Shown here: in pieces, positions 1 to 13,657 of the stretch
Numbering within the stretch: position 1 is the first letter of the stretch
How the letters are laid out: every line of letters starts with the position of its first letter
Source: Eledone cirrhosa
Taxonomy: Eukaryota
Assembly: GCA_964016885.1 (NCBI GenBank)
Contig: OZ024744.1
Location: forward strand, 60,574,001 to 60,638,000
DNA length: 64,000 nt
Direction: 5' to 3'
Program-made: the position numbers and the translations under genes
The notes under the pieces: model-generated
Databases searched by the model: none
The model's input: only the letters and a program-made list of their open reading frames with translations
Told to the model about the DNA's origin: nothing

Positions 1-820
1 GTTTATCAGCTCGTCCCAGGTTTTTCTAGGTCTGCCTATTCCGTGACTACCGTCTATCTTTATTGCCCTGCACTTTGTTATACAGCTATCGACTTTCATG
101 CGCATCACGTGTCCATACCAACGTAGCCTTCTCTCGAGTAAACAACATCTGATCCCTCTTATCTCTAATTTTTTCCTTAGTTCGTTTATGCTTTGCCGTT
201 CACGTATATTACTGTTACACATCCAGCGGAGCATGCAAGCTTCGTTCCTCTCTAGTCTGCGTATATCCTCTACACACAATGCCCAGGTCTCACTGCCATG
301 CAGCATTGCTGTTCGTATGCAGGCATCGTACAACCTGCCTTTCATTTTTAGGGAGAACCCTTTAGCAGCTAATAGTGGTATAAGCTCTCTGAACTTTTTC
401 CAACCAGTTCTGACTCTAGCTACAGTACTTTCAGAGCACCCTCCCCCACTGCTGATTTTATCGCCCAGGTAACGGAAGCTGTCCACTATTTCTATAGAAC
501 CCTCTGCGCAATTGAAAGAGCTAGTATTTTGTGGGCACTTGCTGCTACTTATTGCACCAGAACACCGGCCACATGTAAAGTCTATGTTCTTAGTTAGCTT
601 ACCTGTGATCCCACTACATCTTTTATGCACCCATACTTTGCATTTAGGACATAAAATGGAGTTTCTACCTACGCCTTTCCTACACACCGAGCACGACCAT
701 TTCCCAGAAGGGACCGCCGCCTTGTTTTCTTTCCTACAAACTAGAACTTTGGTCTTAGCCAGGTTAATTTTAAGTCCTTTTGACTCTAGGCCGTGCTTCC
801 ATGTTTGGAATTTCTTCTCT
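1..820 (-). mobile_element. RTE-clade LINE fragment (post-RT C-terminal region)
   Basis: The - frame encodes KFQTWKHGLESKGLKINLAKTKVLV...WPCSVCRKGVGRNSILCPKCKVWVHKRCSG...FRYLGD...LHGSETW...RLRWYGHVMRM. Near-identical to 41040-41860. Runs off the window start. Confidence 0.9.
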
Positions 821-1018
821 GTATGTAGTACATATATGTGTGTGTGTGTCTGTCTGTGTCTATGTTTACATTTATGCCTGTATTCACATTTCATAACTTG
901 CTGCACCATAAATAAATTAATAAAATTAATACTAGGCTTGAAAAAATAAGTACTGGTGTTGATATGATCAACTAAATCAAGGTGGTGCCCCAGCACTGAA
1001 ACCAATAAAAGAGTGAGG

Positions 1019-1059
<41 letters not shown>

Positions 1060-1067
1060 ATGCTTTA

Positions 1068-1903
1068 GTAAAGAGTTTATACCACTATTGGCCGCTAAAG
1101 GGTTCTCTCTAAAAATGAAAGGCAGGCTGTATGATGCCTGCATACGAACAGCTATGTTACATGGCAGTGAAACATGGGCATTGTGTGCAGAGAATATACG
1201 CAGACTGGAGAGGAACGAAGCTTGCATGCTCCGCTGGATGTGTAATAGTAATATACATGAACGGCAAAGAATAAACGAACTAAGGGAGAAATTAGGAATA
1301 AGAGGGATCAGATGTTGTTTACTCGAGAGAATACTACATTGGTATGGTCATGTGATGCGCATGAAAGACGACAGCCGTATAAAAAAGTGCTGGGCGATAT
1401 AAATAGATGAAAGCTATGGAGTAGGCAGACCCAGAGAAACCTGGGACGACTTGATAAATTCCGACCTTAAACACTTACGCCTCTCCAAGACAATGTCACT
1501 GGACCGAGATCTTGGCGCTACACAGTAATAGAGAAGACCCACCTTGCCTAAGTACAAAGCGAAACCTACAGTCAGTAGGCACCTCTTAACAAAAATACAC
1601 CCCCGTCCCACCACCCCCACCCCATCCACACCACCCCTTCCAATGTAAAGTTATGTTGGTACCACAGCATCCAGTCCTAAATAAATGAGGTCGTGTAGGT
1701 GTCACGACAAAAAGAACACACAGTCTACGCTGTAATGTGGCCGTGTAGGTAACACGGTAAAAACCTCCCAGTCCCACATCCAGCCGTAGAAAACCCACCA
1801 GACAGTCCTGAACAAGACAATCAATCTTACCTCAAGTGCGACAATTCCCATCCAAACCCATGCAAGCGTGGAAGATGGACGTTAAACGATGATGATGATG
1901 ATT
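1068..1903 (+). mobile_element. 5'-truncated RTE LINE with 3' extension and (GAT)n tail
   Basis: Encodes EFIPLLAAKGFSLKMKGRLYDACIRTAMLHGSETWALC...WYGHVMRM...GRPRETW and ends cccatgcaagcgtggaagatggacgttaaacgatgatgatg. Confidence 0.9.
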
Positions 1904-1974
1904 ATAATATATATAAATAATAATAATCATCATCCTCATCCTCATCCATATCTTCCTCCATGCTAGCAAATATA

Positions 1975-4015
1975 TATAGTGTCATACCCAATGACTAGCA
2001 TAGCAGCATCAATGTCAGCTGCTCCAAAGGCAAGAAAAATGAACTAGACATGGAAACTATAGAGTCATTAAGCTGATGAACCAAATCATGAAAGTTGCCA
2101 AAAGTGTTATAGTATAACTGATTAGAGATAAAGTTAACTTAAATGAGATGCAGTTCAGCTTTGATCCATGGATCTCGCCAAAGCCATCGTCATGTTACCC
2201 AACATGTCCATTAAAGTCTCCTGCTATGAATAAGAGTTCCTCATCACCCACTAAAGAAGTAGCCTGCATTAGGGATTTATAAAAGTTGTCTTTTAATTTG
2301 TGATGTAAATGTAAATAAAATTTTAACAGTTTTTCTATCTAGGACTAATGATTTTGTTTACCACAATTACATTATCTACCCATTTTTCTGCTAGCAGAAT
2401 ACCCACTCCATGTAGCCGATAATCATTACCCACCCAGAAAAATTTGTAGCATCATTCATTACTAACAAGGAGTCGAGCTGATCCTCCTCTCCACCTAGTT
2501 TCTTATACACAACATATGTTCACTCTCTTTTGCTCTAACATTTCTACAATCTCAACTGACCTTCCTCTGTGTCTACGTTAATGGTTGTAGCTCTGAACTT
2601 TGGGAATTTACTGGAAGAGGGGAGTGAATACTTGAGAAGCGAGGTGGAATCTGTATTGGAATTGGTGCTAGTGTTCCATGCCTGAAATAAAGAAGATTTG
2701 TTCTTGTATTCAAGTAGATTCATGCCAGGAAGAAATTTTCCAACCCTGTAGTCTAACAGCCACACGATCCACCGAAGCACATAGTATTGTACCTTGTAGT
2801 AGTAGTAGTAAAATGATACTAAGGTTAAAGCTTAAGATATTTTACACCTCTGGCGTTTGATTGGACTAGAAGTATGGTGGTTAGTAAGGGTTGGTGAGTG
2901 GGCAAAAAAATGGGACAAAGGAACAACTGCTATCGCCGTCTCTGGATCAGCTAGAAATTCAAGTAGGAGTTCATCAAGGTTCGGTTCTTAGCCCACTACT
3001 ATTAATTATAGTCCTCTAGGCCATAACAGAGGAGTTTAAGACCGGCTGCTCATGGGAGCTTCTCTATGCAGATGATCTGGTCCTTATAGCCAAATCCATT
3101 AAAGACCTAGAAAATAAGTTCCATCTATGGAAACAAAATTTGGAATCAAAAGGCTTAAGAGTAAACTTAGCCAAAACTAAAGTGCTGGTGAGTAGGAGAG
3201 AAGATAAGTTACCCTGCTCAATATGTAGAAAGGGAGTAGGCATAAACTCCATACAGTGTACACAATGTAAATCTTGGGTACACGAGAGATGTAGAGGGAT
3301 AATGCGTAAGCTAACAGGAAGGGAAGATTTTGTTTGTAGAGGATGCACAGGGGCAACTGAACGGAAAATAACCAGTAATGTTAGCTTATTCCAGTCACAG
3401 GAAGGACCCATAGAAGTGATTGATAGCTTCTGCTATCTAGGCAATGTAATTAGCAATGGAGGGGTGTTTGAGAATATAATAGCTAGAATAAGGATAGGAT
3501 AGAAAAGGTTCAAATAGCTACTCCCACTGTTGACCATGAAAGATTTCTCCCTACATACAAAAGGATGACTGTATGTGTGAAGTGAAATGCTGCATGGTAA
3601 TGAAACATGGGCTGTGACTGCAGAGGACATGTGTAGACTGGAGAGAATTGAAGCAACCATGCTCTGTTGGATGTGCAATGCAAGAGTGAGAGAAGGACAG
3701 AGCTTGGATGAGTTGAAGAAGATTCTAAAAGGAATTTGAGGTAGTATGCAGGAGAAACGACTACATTGGTTTGGACATGTGATGTGCATGGAATGAACAA
3801 TGATTGTTGGGTAAAGAAATGCCAGTAAAAGAAAATAGTGCTAGAAGTAGACCAAGAAAGACCTGGGCAGAGATTGTGAGAGCTGACCTCAAAGCACTGG
3901 GACTCACAGAAGCAATGACAAAGGACCGTGACGTGTGGAGAGATGCCGTGCTGAAAAGGACATCCCCAACCCATGCAAGCATGGAAAAGCAAATGTAAAA
4001 ACAATGACAATGATG
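1975..4015. mobile_element. Cluster of decayed RTE pieces: RT fragment (+, ~1975-2170), 5'/endonuclease region (-, ~2340-2960), RT to 3' end (+, ~2985-4015)
   Basis: Motifs LLYADDLVL, ESKGLRVNLAKTKVLV, FCYLGNVIS, RSRPRKTW and the PTHASMEK tail on +. YKFFWVGND...GVGILLAEKWV on -. Confidence 0.8.
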
Positions 4016-7000
4016 GTAATCATATTAAACTGTGGTCTAGGCATATTGTATGACATATAGTACGTACAAGAACGGAAACTTTAGCATACATAAACAGATA
4101 AGAAATGGCTTTTGTAACAAATTATTTCAAGTGTATGTTTGAATTTGCTGGCAGATTCCTTGCCACAGTAATTTTTATGCTTTCCATTTCCTGTCTGTGT
4201 CTGTGCAGGGGCGAAGGAGGAACAACTGCTATCTCTGACTCTGAATCAGCTAACAAGGGATATTAATTTAATTACTTATATATATATATATATATATATA
4301 GGCAGAAACAGTTCTGTATGAGCAGGACACAGTCACCTGACCCAACTTGTCTCAAATGAGACAACCCGTCTAACCCATGCTAATATGGAAAGTAAACATT
4401 AAACGATGATGATGATGATATGTATATATGTGTGTGTATCATGATCAACATCATCATTTTTATATCCACTTTTCCATGTTGGCATGGGTTGGACAGGAAC
4501 GTGTTAGAGAAAATGTTTTACAGCCTGATGCCAATCCATTTAATCACTTCTTACGACTTGCTAGGATACTGTGTACCTATTATAAAAACCAGAATACACC
4601 CATCATCCTCATTTTTTAACGTTTGTTATCCCTGCTATGTGTGTGTGTATGCCAATCACCATGAACGTCATATTGACACATTAAAAAAGAAATACCAGTG
4701 ATATATATTACATCTCACATAAACAATATGTCCTGTAATGGACAAATGTCAGTGGTATATACCATACTGAAAATAAAGTATGGTTTGGCATATGTCTTAA
4801 AAGTCTCGTCCAACCCAGTAAAAATGAAGATGATGACAATACCAATCATATTAATAGTGTCCTGTTTCAACCAGAGGGTTATGGATTCTATCCCACTGCC
4901 TGACAACTTGGGCAAATGTTTTCTACTGTAGATTTCAGGCCGAACAGCACCTTGTGAGGGAATTTAGAAGATGGAAATTGTGTTGAAACCTGTTGTATAA
5001 TATGTTTGTGTTTGTATCTTCTCCCTATCTTTGACATGCAAAGATTTATACCTTGCTTAAAAAACAAGTGAGGAAGGGCATCTAGCTGTAAAATTCTGCC
5101 TCAAAATATCTCAACCCAGTCCATGCCGGCATAGAAGAACAGATATTTAAAATACTAAGGACGAGGATGATTGTATTACTTCTGGCTTGATGATGTCAGC
5201 TACCTCAATAGTTATCTCAATAGTTTATAATAACATGTCACTTTACACAGATATTTAGTCAGTCCATTAGTCAGTCAACTTTGAATGATATTGAAAACTA
5301 AAACAAGAACGTATTTCATGTCAACAACATCTTGTCTATTGGTAGCTTCAGATTTTATTTCTATTTATGGAATTTCACAAGCAAGCAAGATCAAATGTCA
5401 CTCACATTTTATACCTTGTCCTAACACATCACATTTTCAACATAGCAATCTCTCTCTCTTTTGGTTTATGCAATAGTTTACCATTGTTAACCTTCTAGTT
5501 GAAATACATAAACAGCCATCATTGCTATCAACATTATTATTCTGTCATCACTAGCATCATCGTCATCATCATCATCTTCATTGTCATCACTCTCATTATT
5601 ACCATACCTGTCGTAAACATTATCTATGTCATTGTCGTCGAAATCATTGTCACATTCATCAAACAATCTTCTTAACCACCCAACCATATTCGCACCATGG
5701 GTGCAGTGTAGAAAGGGCTACATGGTTAAGATCATTTCACAACAACCACATGTGGAATTTGGTTGAAAGAGAATGTGAAGAAGTTCATCAGAGAGACCGT
5801 TTCTATTCTTGTGTGATTAGAGTTGACCAGTCACTCAGTTTAACACCACCATATGGTCCTCAGGTGCCTTTAGCAAAGACCACTCTGTTGCAAGTATGTG
5901 GTCTAGGTTTCCAGTTTGAGGATAATGTCCTCCTTTCCTCCAGACAGTCATAGTCACTGAGAAGGATCATAAATGTTTCACTCCTAACAAAGTCATTTTT
6001 AAAAAGACATACCAATTTCCCCTATATGAATGTCACTACCATTACTATTTTATTTATTTTGTAAAGTGCAGGCAAGTATGTAAGTGAGATGAAGCCTCGA
6101 GCCTGATTGGGGTTTCAAAAGCTTCAATTAAGTATTGATTTGGTCTCTGACTACACTTCCAGCCCTTGATAGTAGGGAAAACAGATGTTAAAGGATGATG
6201 ATGATGTTATAGGTGTGTGTGAAAGTTTTTTATATGCATGTGAGTACTATCATCATCGTCATCATCATCATTTAATGTCCATTTTCCACGCTAGCATGGG
6301 TAGGACGGATTGACCCTTTGGGAGAAAATCAGATCAGAAGACCGTGTTTCGCTCACCCGGGGTTGAGTTTCTGCCCTACAGCTGAGCTCTTGCCATGTCG
6401 ACAGTGAGTGGATGTTACTAGTCTAGACTGGTAACTCCCCCATGTGTATGCAATTTTCAATCATGTTGATGATATTATGGACAGGATTTTTAATTTGGAC
6501 TTAGTCAAATATCAGTGTTATTCAGTAGTATCTTGTTAATTGTTCACAAGCTGTTGCTTACTTCATTAATTAACAGCTGACCTAATTGTTTACTCATTAG
6601 TTACTTTCTCACTTGTTTACTTAATTTTTTTTTTTTTTTTTACTGTTTTGTCAGGTAGGAAAAAAACAATGGCTATGACCCTTTTCAATGTTTCTTACTG
6701 TAACACAGTAGGAAATATAGAGATATGTATACATATCATCATCATAATCATCATTTAACATCCATTTTTCCCTGTTAGCAAGGGTTGGATGGGTCTTTAC
6801 AGATCATGTCAGTATTGAAGTGGGCCTACTGACCTCCCAGACCGGTCGGTAGTCTGTATCTTACTTACATACTCTACCACGCTCTACTGAGTGCATTTTA
6901 TCATGGCACCAGCACTAGAGACATTGTCATGTCCTTGATACAACTAAAGGATCCTCCCAACCCTTTGTTTAGCAAGCTTTCTACAGCTGGATACCCTTCT

Positions 7001-7811
7001 TATCACCAATCACTTTATAGCATGTACTGGGTGCATTTATCGTGTAGATCACCAACACTAGAGAGGTTGTTGCACTGTTGACACAACTAAAGGGTCCTTT
7101 TGATACTTTTTGGCATAGTTTCTACAATGGGGTGTCCTCCCTGTTGCCAACCAGCCTGACAGGGTGTATTGGGTGCATTTTTGTGGCACCAACACTAGAG
7201 CGGTTGTCGATCATTGTCCCAACTGAAGATCCCTCTCTGTTTTGCGAGGGTTGGTGAGGACAAGAAAGATAAGTATGATGTTATGGGTGGGAATTGACAG
7301 GGTGATGAATAGGAGAGAAAGAATGACCTCCGCTAGTGGGGAGTGGGGAGTGGGGTATATAGTGATGGTGAGAATACCTAAGTGACAATTGTGGTGGAGG
7401 CACAAATGATGTTGTCAATAGCAGGGCAGAGGGACACTCACCAGTGTGTCTAGATTTGGGGTGGGGGAAGTGTAGTGAGGGAGAGAATAGCTAAGGAATG
7501 GCAATAGAGGGGGGCATGGATGTGTTGAGTAGAGGTGCTGACATATAATCCCAAGCTCTACCATGTGCATTTTATCAGGGCACCAACATTAGGTAGTTTG
7601 TCATATCCTATATAATAGATAATAAAGAGAGTGTTGGGAAAACCAGTACAATGTGAATAAAAATATAAAGATAGAACGAAGATAAAAAGAATGATAGAAC
7701 AAAACAGAATAATGTTTTATATTTCATTATATTTCAAAGTAAAGAGCTTCTTTTCAAACAATGAATGCAGAAAAACTAAGTCTTCTGTTATCATGAACTT
7801 ATCTTGTTATG

Positions 7812-8040
7812 TGTGTGTGAATGACTGTTGGTGGAAGTGTGACTGACTGTTGATGGAAGTGTGACTAACTGTTAGTGAAAGTGTGAGTGACTGTTGGTGA
7901 AAGTGTGAGTGACAGTTGGTGGAAGTGTGAGTGACTGTTGGTGGAAGTGTGAGTGACTGTTGGTGGAAGTGTGAGTGACTGTTGGTGGAAGTATGAGTGA
8001 CAGTTGGTGAAAGTGTGAGTGACTGTTGGTGGAAGTGTGA
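7812..8040. repeat. 22-bp minisatellite, about 10 copies
   Basis: Unit gtgagtgactgttggtggaagt; it explains the repetitive - strand ORFs. Confidence 0.92.
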
Positions 8041-8355
8041 CATGCAGACCTGTTATAAAAGCCAATCAAGTCCATGTAGCTCTGGTATATTATTTATGCT
8101 TGACTTATAGCTGCTTTAACTCCTCTCTGTGGCTTCTATGGTGACCTCAATGTCCCTAGTGGAGGAAGCACTCATGGTTGTGTTCTTTGATCCGTATATG
8201 TAGCATCCAGACAATGCTTCCAATGTATGAGCTTTCACAGTTGCTGCAGGTTACTCTGTAGATCACATACAATCTCATGTAGATGATGATGATTATTTTC
8301 CTTTTCTTCTTCTTCTTCAAAAAAAAAAAACTAAAAGATATTTTTTTTTCCCTAG

Positions 8356-8538
8356 GAAAAGAACCAGTAGAATATGAAACTGCTTACCGGAACAGTTGGG
8401 TCTATGAAGAGCTGAAAGCTGTTCGCAATGTCCGACCATCATTTCACTCCAGGCTCGGATTGTTTGGAGGTCTGATGTACACTGGAATATTTACTTGGCT
8501 TTTGCAAGGAAAGGAACCATGGACACTCTCACACCATG
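8356..8538 (+). CDS. ETFDH: ETF-ubiquinone oxidoreductase, third-last coding exon (183 nt)
   Basis: Polypyrimidine tract plus cctag acceptor (AG 8354-8355) and gtaag donor at 8539. Encodes GKEPVEYETAYRNSWVYEELKAVRNVRPSFHSRLGLFGGLMYTGIFTWLLQGKEPWTLSHH, recognisable ETF-QO sequence. Phase 1/1 joins the next exon in frame. Confidence 0.95.
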
Positions 8539-8815
8539 GTAAGAAAAGTCTTCATACAAACAACTGAGATCACACAAGAAGAGTTGATCTTCTAGATATG
8601 TAAAGAATGAGTAGTAGAGGATTGAGTTGAAAAGAAATAGTGTTGTTAGTGGTAAAATTACTCTGGTTGTTGTAATTAATTTTGTTTCAGCAAATCCTTG
8701 ACAAACGAGCTAGTGATTTACACACCCACAAACAAGTCATTTTCTAGAAGACTGCATAGAAATATAAGATTTTAAGGGTGATTTAACTACTACATTCTAT
8801 AGATTAAACTGACTG

Positions 8816-9200
8816 CTGGTTTATGTGCTCCCTATTTTAAATACAGTAAAGAGTTTGTTGTGGGATATTTGACTGTTACATTGAGTAACATAGAGTAACT
8901 ACACACTACCTTCCTCACTGGTTTATGTGGTCCCTATTTTAAAGACATTGGGGAGTTTGTTGAGGGACATTTAACTGTTACATTGAGTAAAGTAAAGTAA
9001 CTACACAGTAGCTCCCTCACTGGTTTATGTGGTCTCTATTTCAATGACAGTAGGGAGTTTATTGAGGGAGATTTAGCTGTTACATTGAGTAAGGTCTATT
9101 AACTACACAGTAGCTTCATCACTGGTTTATGTGGTCCCTATTTTAAAGACAGAGGCGAGTTTGTTGAGGGATATTTGACTGTTACATTGAGTAAAGTAAA
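8816..9200. repeat. 102-bp tandem repeat, about 3.8 copies, in an ETFDH intron
   Basis: ctggtttatgtg recurs at 8816, 8918, 9020 and 9122. Confidence 0.9.
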
Positions 9201-9337
9201 ATGTAATTGGAGTTATTCTTTAAGTTGTATATTTTCCCCTTGAATGTTTATGAGGTTCAAACAGAGTTTTATGTATTCATATTTTCCATCAAATACATTT
9301 CTTTTCTTTTTTTTAATTTCATTTTATTCCTTGATAG

Positions 9338-9559
9338 GAGCTGATCATAAAAAATTAAAACCAGCAGCTGAATGCAAAGTTATTGAATATCCTAAACCTG
9401 ACAATCAAATAACCTTTGACCTCTTGAGTTCTGTTGCCTTGACTGGAACCAACCACGACCATGACCAACCTCCTCACCTTACCTTGCTCAGTGATGACGT
9501 TCCAGTCAATCAAAATCTTAAGATCTACGATGGACCTGAACAAAGATTCTGCCCTGCAG
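9338..9559 (+). CDS. ETFDH: ETF-ubiquinone oxidoreductase, penultimate coding exon (222 nt)
   Basis: gatag acceptor and gtaaa donor at 9560. Encodes [50 protein letters not shown]...[11 protein letters not shown], including the first 4Fe-4S ligand Cys. Confidence 0.96.
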
Positions 9560-9571
9560 GTAAAATATTTT

Positions 9572-10702
9572 ATCATCATCATCGTCATCATCGTTTAACA
9601 TCCATTTTCCATACTAGCATGGGTAGGGCAGGCTGTCCCTTTGTGAGATCAGGTCAGAGAACCAGGTTTCATTCACACAGAACTGATTTTGGCTTGGTTT
9701 CTATGGCTGGATGCCCTTCTTAATGCCAACCTCATTTACAGTGTGTGCTGGCTGCTTTTTGTCATGACACCTACACAACCACTTTACAGTGTGGACTGGG
9801 TGCTTCTTGTTGTGTCCACTACACGACCACTTTATAGTGTAGTCTGGACACTTATGTCATGGCCCCAGGGGGGGGTCAATTTATGGTGTGGGTTGGGGAC
9901 TTTGATTGGGTGGGAGTGAGGAAGATGCCTTGGGACGTAGGTATAGGGGATGATTACAGCAAGGGAGGTGAATGGGAGAGGTGATGGTAGGGAATGGTGT
10001 TGTATACTAGATATATGCCTCAGCTCAAGCATATGGGAGGGTGGGTCTTCTGTAATACTGTATAGCACCAGAAATCACGGTCCTGTGCCATCGCCCTTGT
10101 GAGGTGTAATTGTGCAAAGTCAGTTATTATTACGTCAACCCAAGTCTTCCTAGGCCTGCCCACTCCATGACTACCATCAACTTTGAGCACTCTGTACCTT
10201 TTTAAACAGCTATCCTCCTTCATACGCATCATATGTCCATACCAACGCAATCTCCTGCACACTGCATCTGATCCCTCATGTATATTACTATTGTACATCC
10301 ATCGAAGCATGGAGGCTTCACTTCTTTCCAATCTTCGCAGGTCTTCTGCACACAGCACCCAGGTCTCACTACCATGCAACATTGCTGTTCGTATACATGC
10401 ATTATACAGTCTGCTCTTCATTTTGAGGGAAAAACTTTTTGTAGCTAGCAGCTGTAGTAACTCCCTGAACTTTCTCCAACCCATTCTCACTCTGGTTACT
10501 GTGCTTTTGGAACACCCCACCCCCCACCCTCTACTGCTGATTTGGTCACCCAGGTAACAGAAGCTATTTACCACTTCTACAGAGTCCTAAGGGGATTGTA
10601 TCCTTGTTACTTACAGCCCCTGTGCACTGGCCACATGTAAAACCTACATTCTTTGTTAGCCTGCCTAAGATCCCACTACATCTCTCGTATGCCCATAGTT
10701 TG
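9572..10702 (-). mobile_element. 5'-truncated RTE LINE with 3' extension; its tail ends ~12 nt from an ETFDH donor site
   Basis: ORF 10020-10574 encodes FCYLGDQI...LHGSETW...RRLRWYGHMMRM...GRPRKTW. (CAT)n tail on + at 9572-9592. Confidence 0.88.
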
Positions 10703-11727
10703 CTAGAATAAACTGATATATTTAGCTTTTGTTGATTTAGAAAAAGCCTTTAACAGAGTACCTTAATCTTTTATCTGGTGGTGCCTAAGGAAACTAGGTG
10801 TCGAAGAATGGCTTGTGAGAGCAGTGCAAGCCATGTATTGAGGAGCTGTCAGTAAAATGAGAGTAGGAAGTGAGTTTAGTGAAGAATTCAAGGTACAGGG
10901 TTTGGTCTCTAGTCCACTTCTATTCATTATAGTTCTCCAGGCCATAACCTAGAAGTTTAAGACTGGATGTAATGGAAACTTCTTTATGCAGATGATCTGA
11001 TTCTCATAGCTGAATCCATAAAACAACTAAAGAATAAGTTCCAACTGTGGAAACAATTTACAAAAGGGCTGAGAGTATACTTAGAAATAAGTATTGGTAA
11101 GTAGGAAAGAAGATAGGATCCTGATTTCATCAGGTAAATGGCTTTGTTAGATATGCAGAAAAGGATTAGGCAAAAACTATATGATGTACACAATGCAAAT
11201 CTTGGGTACACAAGAAGTATAGTGGGATAGCAGGCAAACTAACAGGTAAAGATGGCTTCATATGTACTAGTTGTACAGAGGTAATCAATGGGAAGGGCGT
11301 AAGTGATATAAACACTTTCCTATCACATTAAAGATCCATAGAAATGGTTGATGACTTCTGCTACTTAGGTGATCTAATTAGCAGTAAAGGAGGGTGCTCC
11401 AAGAGCATAGCAGCTTGAATAAGAACAGAATGGGAAAAGTTTAGAGCTACTATCTGGGTATAAGACGAATCAGATGTAGTGTGCTAGAGAGGAATCTGTG
11501 GAGGTATGGACATATGATGCACATGGATGATGATTGCAGGGTGAAGAAGTGCCAAGAAATCCCAGTAGGAAGAGGACCTGGACGGAGGTAGTGAGAGCTG
11601 ATCTCAAATCCCTGAAACTCACTGAAGGGATGCGACAAGTGGAGAAATGCTGTGCTGAGAAGGGCCCATTCAACCCAAGCAAGTGGGAGGGGGGAAGCAG
11701 ATGTAAAAATGAGGATGATGATGATGG
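10703..11727 (+). mobile_element. Decayed RTE LINE (RT to 3' tail)
   Basis: YLAFVDLEKAF, YADDLIL and FCYLGDLIS motifs with frameshifts; gatgatgatg tail. Confidence 0.85.
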
Positions 11728-11738
11728 GGATATATAGT

Positions 11739-12875
11739 ATCATCATCATCACCATTTAATGTTCATTTACCATGCTTGCATGGGATAAACAGCTGTCATG
11801 CATTGAGGTCAGGCAGGCAGGTCAAGTGACTAGGTCCTGCCCATATGTTTTGTTTTGGCTTGGATTCTATGGCTGGATGCCTTTCCTAATGCCAACTACT
11901 TTACAGCATGTACTGGGAACATGGTTTCTATGGCTGGATCCCATCCCTAACATCACCTGCTTTACGTGTACTGGGAGCATTTTATCATGACTCCAGTACT
12001 ACTACCTCACAGGGTCGACTAGGCACTTTTCATCATGGCACCAGTACTACCACCTTAGAGGATGGACTGGGTGCTTTTATAATAGCACCAGCACTATGGT
12101 GCTTAGTATACATAGTGCTGGGGTGCCAGCACTGAATTGCTGGAGGCAGTAGGTGGGCATGGCGGGGCCTGGCTTCTCTTAGTGTTCTAAAGGGGGTGTT
12201 TATATACTGCTTGGGGCTCGTGGTTGGGTTGGTGGTGTCTGTCATTTTGGGGTGTGCCAGATTTTCCTGGGTTGGGAAAGTATTAAAGAGTTGTTCCATC
12301 TCTCAGGTTTAGGGTTGAGGAGGAGATCAGGGCATGTTGACAGAGATTTCAAGGGTATACTGTAGGCAGGAAGTGGGACTTGTGTGTTTTACCACCTCTC
12401 TGCTTCTTTGGGTTTAGGGTGGAGGCATGTAGGTGGGTTAGCCATTCTTTTTATGCTGCATTCATTCCACTTGCTTGGGGAGGTAAATTTCTTGTATTAT
12501 GGATTGTCACCTGTTTAACTGCATGATGTTGGCCCTCACCACATCATCCCAGGTTTTCCTAGGACTTCCCCTTCCAAGGGTTTCTTAGACTTCAAGTGCC
12601 CTACACTTCTTTATGCAACTGTCATTCTTTCATATGCATTACATGTCCATACCATCACAGTCTCCTCTCCTGCACACTGCACCTGATCCCCCTTATGTCC
12701 AGTTTTTCTCTCAACTCATTGATATTTCATTGCTCACATATACTGTTATACATTCATTGGAGCATAATCACCTCATTTCTTTCCAATTTTTGTAAGTCCT
12801 CAGTACACAAAGCCCAAGTCTCACTAACCTTTGGTAGCTATACTTTCAGAACACCCACCCCCACTGCTAATTTGC
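11739..12875 (-). mobile_element. Decayed RTE 3' end with long 3' extension
   Basis: GRGSPRKTWDDVV and RRLxWYGHVMHM on - at 12530-12830. (CAT)n tail and internal acttta...ctgggtgc modules at 11740-12130. Confidence 0.75.
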
Positions 12876-13657
12876 TATTTTATCTCTAATTTATTTCTGT
12901 GTATACTTATGTCACATAGCTTTGCTCATTCCACTTACAAATTCATATATTTCCATTCTTAACTCATATTTCTAATGAAAAACAATGTCTATGATTTTCA
13001 ACTATTTTTTGAAATAATATAAAATTTTGAGGAATTTTGTAATATAAGTGATGTTCTCATTATTAAGTTGGTGTTTGGAACATAACACAACCAGGGTTCT
13101 TATGTAGAATTGTGATAAAAGGTTTTTAGATAAATATAATACTCACCATAACTGATTCTGAAAACCCATGGATATCTATGTTGACTGACATCAAAATTAC
13201 TCAAATCTAAAATAAAATTATATACATTTTCAATATCCTGATAAAGAAAAACCTTCAAATTGTCTTCAGAACACATGTTGAATAGTAGAAGTTCACAATA
13301 AGTTTAAAGTCTGTCGCAAGTCCTGAGATTATCCCAGTTTCATTGACATTTAGTGACTGAGAGTGGAAGGTGCCAGTCTATCACACGATTATCTCCAGTT
13401 ACTGCTGCTGCTACTCATATTCAGCTCTGAGTTGACTAGAGTAACATGAAACAGTGTTTTGTTCAAGAACATAATGCACCACTCAGTCCAGGAATCTTTG
13501 TGATCATAAGCCCAACACCATAGCCACTAGGCTGTGCACCTTCATTAATTTTCAGTTACTCCTCCAAAAACGTTTCATCTAACACAGAAAATTAATACTA
13601 ATATGAATTTTAAAATTCAACTCACCAATTCATGGTATTATCTTTGTAACCTCACAG

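Noticed and set aside
98-949. + strand ORFs of 124 and 145 aa (similar cases at 3064-4010 -, 10183-10557 +, 41224-41800 +, 44772-46635 -)
   Set aside because: They are antisense shadows of RTE coding sequence.
5487-5687. Asp-rich 66-aa ORF
   Set aside because: A degenerate (CAT/GAT)n microsatellite with no splice or homology support.
7807-8075. His/Thr/Ser-rich ORFs in all three - frames
   Set aside because: An artefact of the 22-bp minisatellite.
8816-9200. Regularly spaced repeats as a possible CRISPR array
   Set aside because: The whole 102-bp unit repeats with no unique spacers, the context is a eukaryotic intron, and there are no cas genes.
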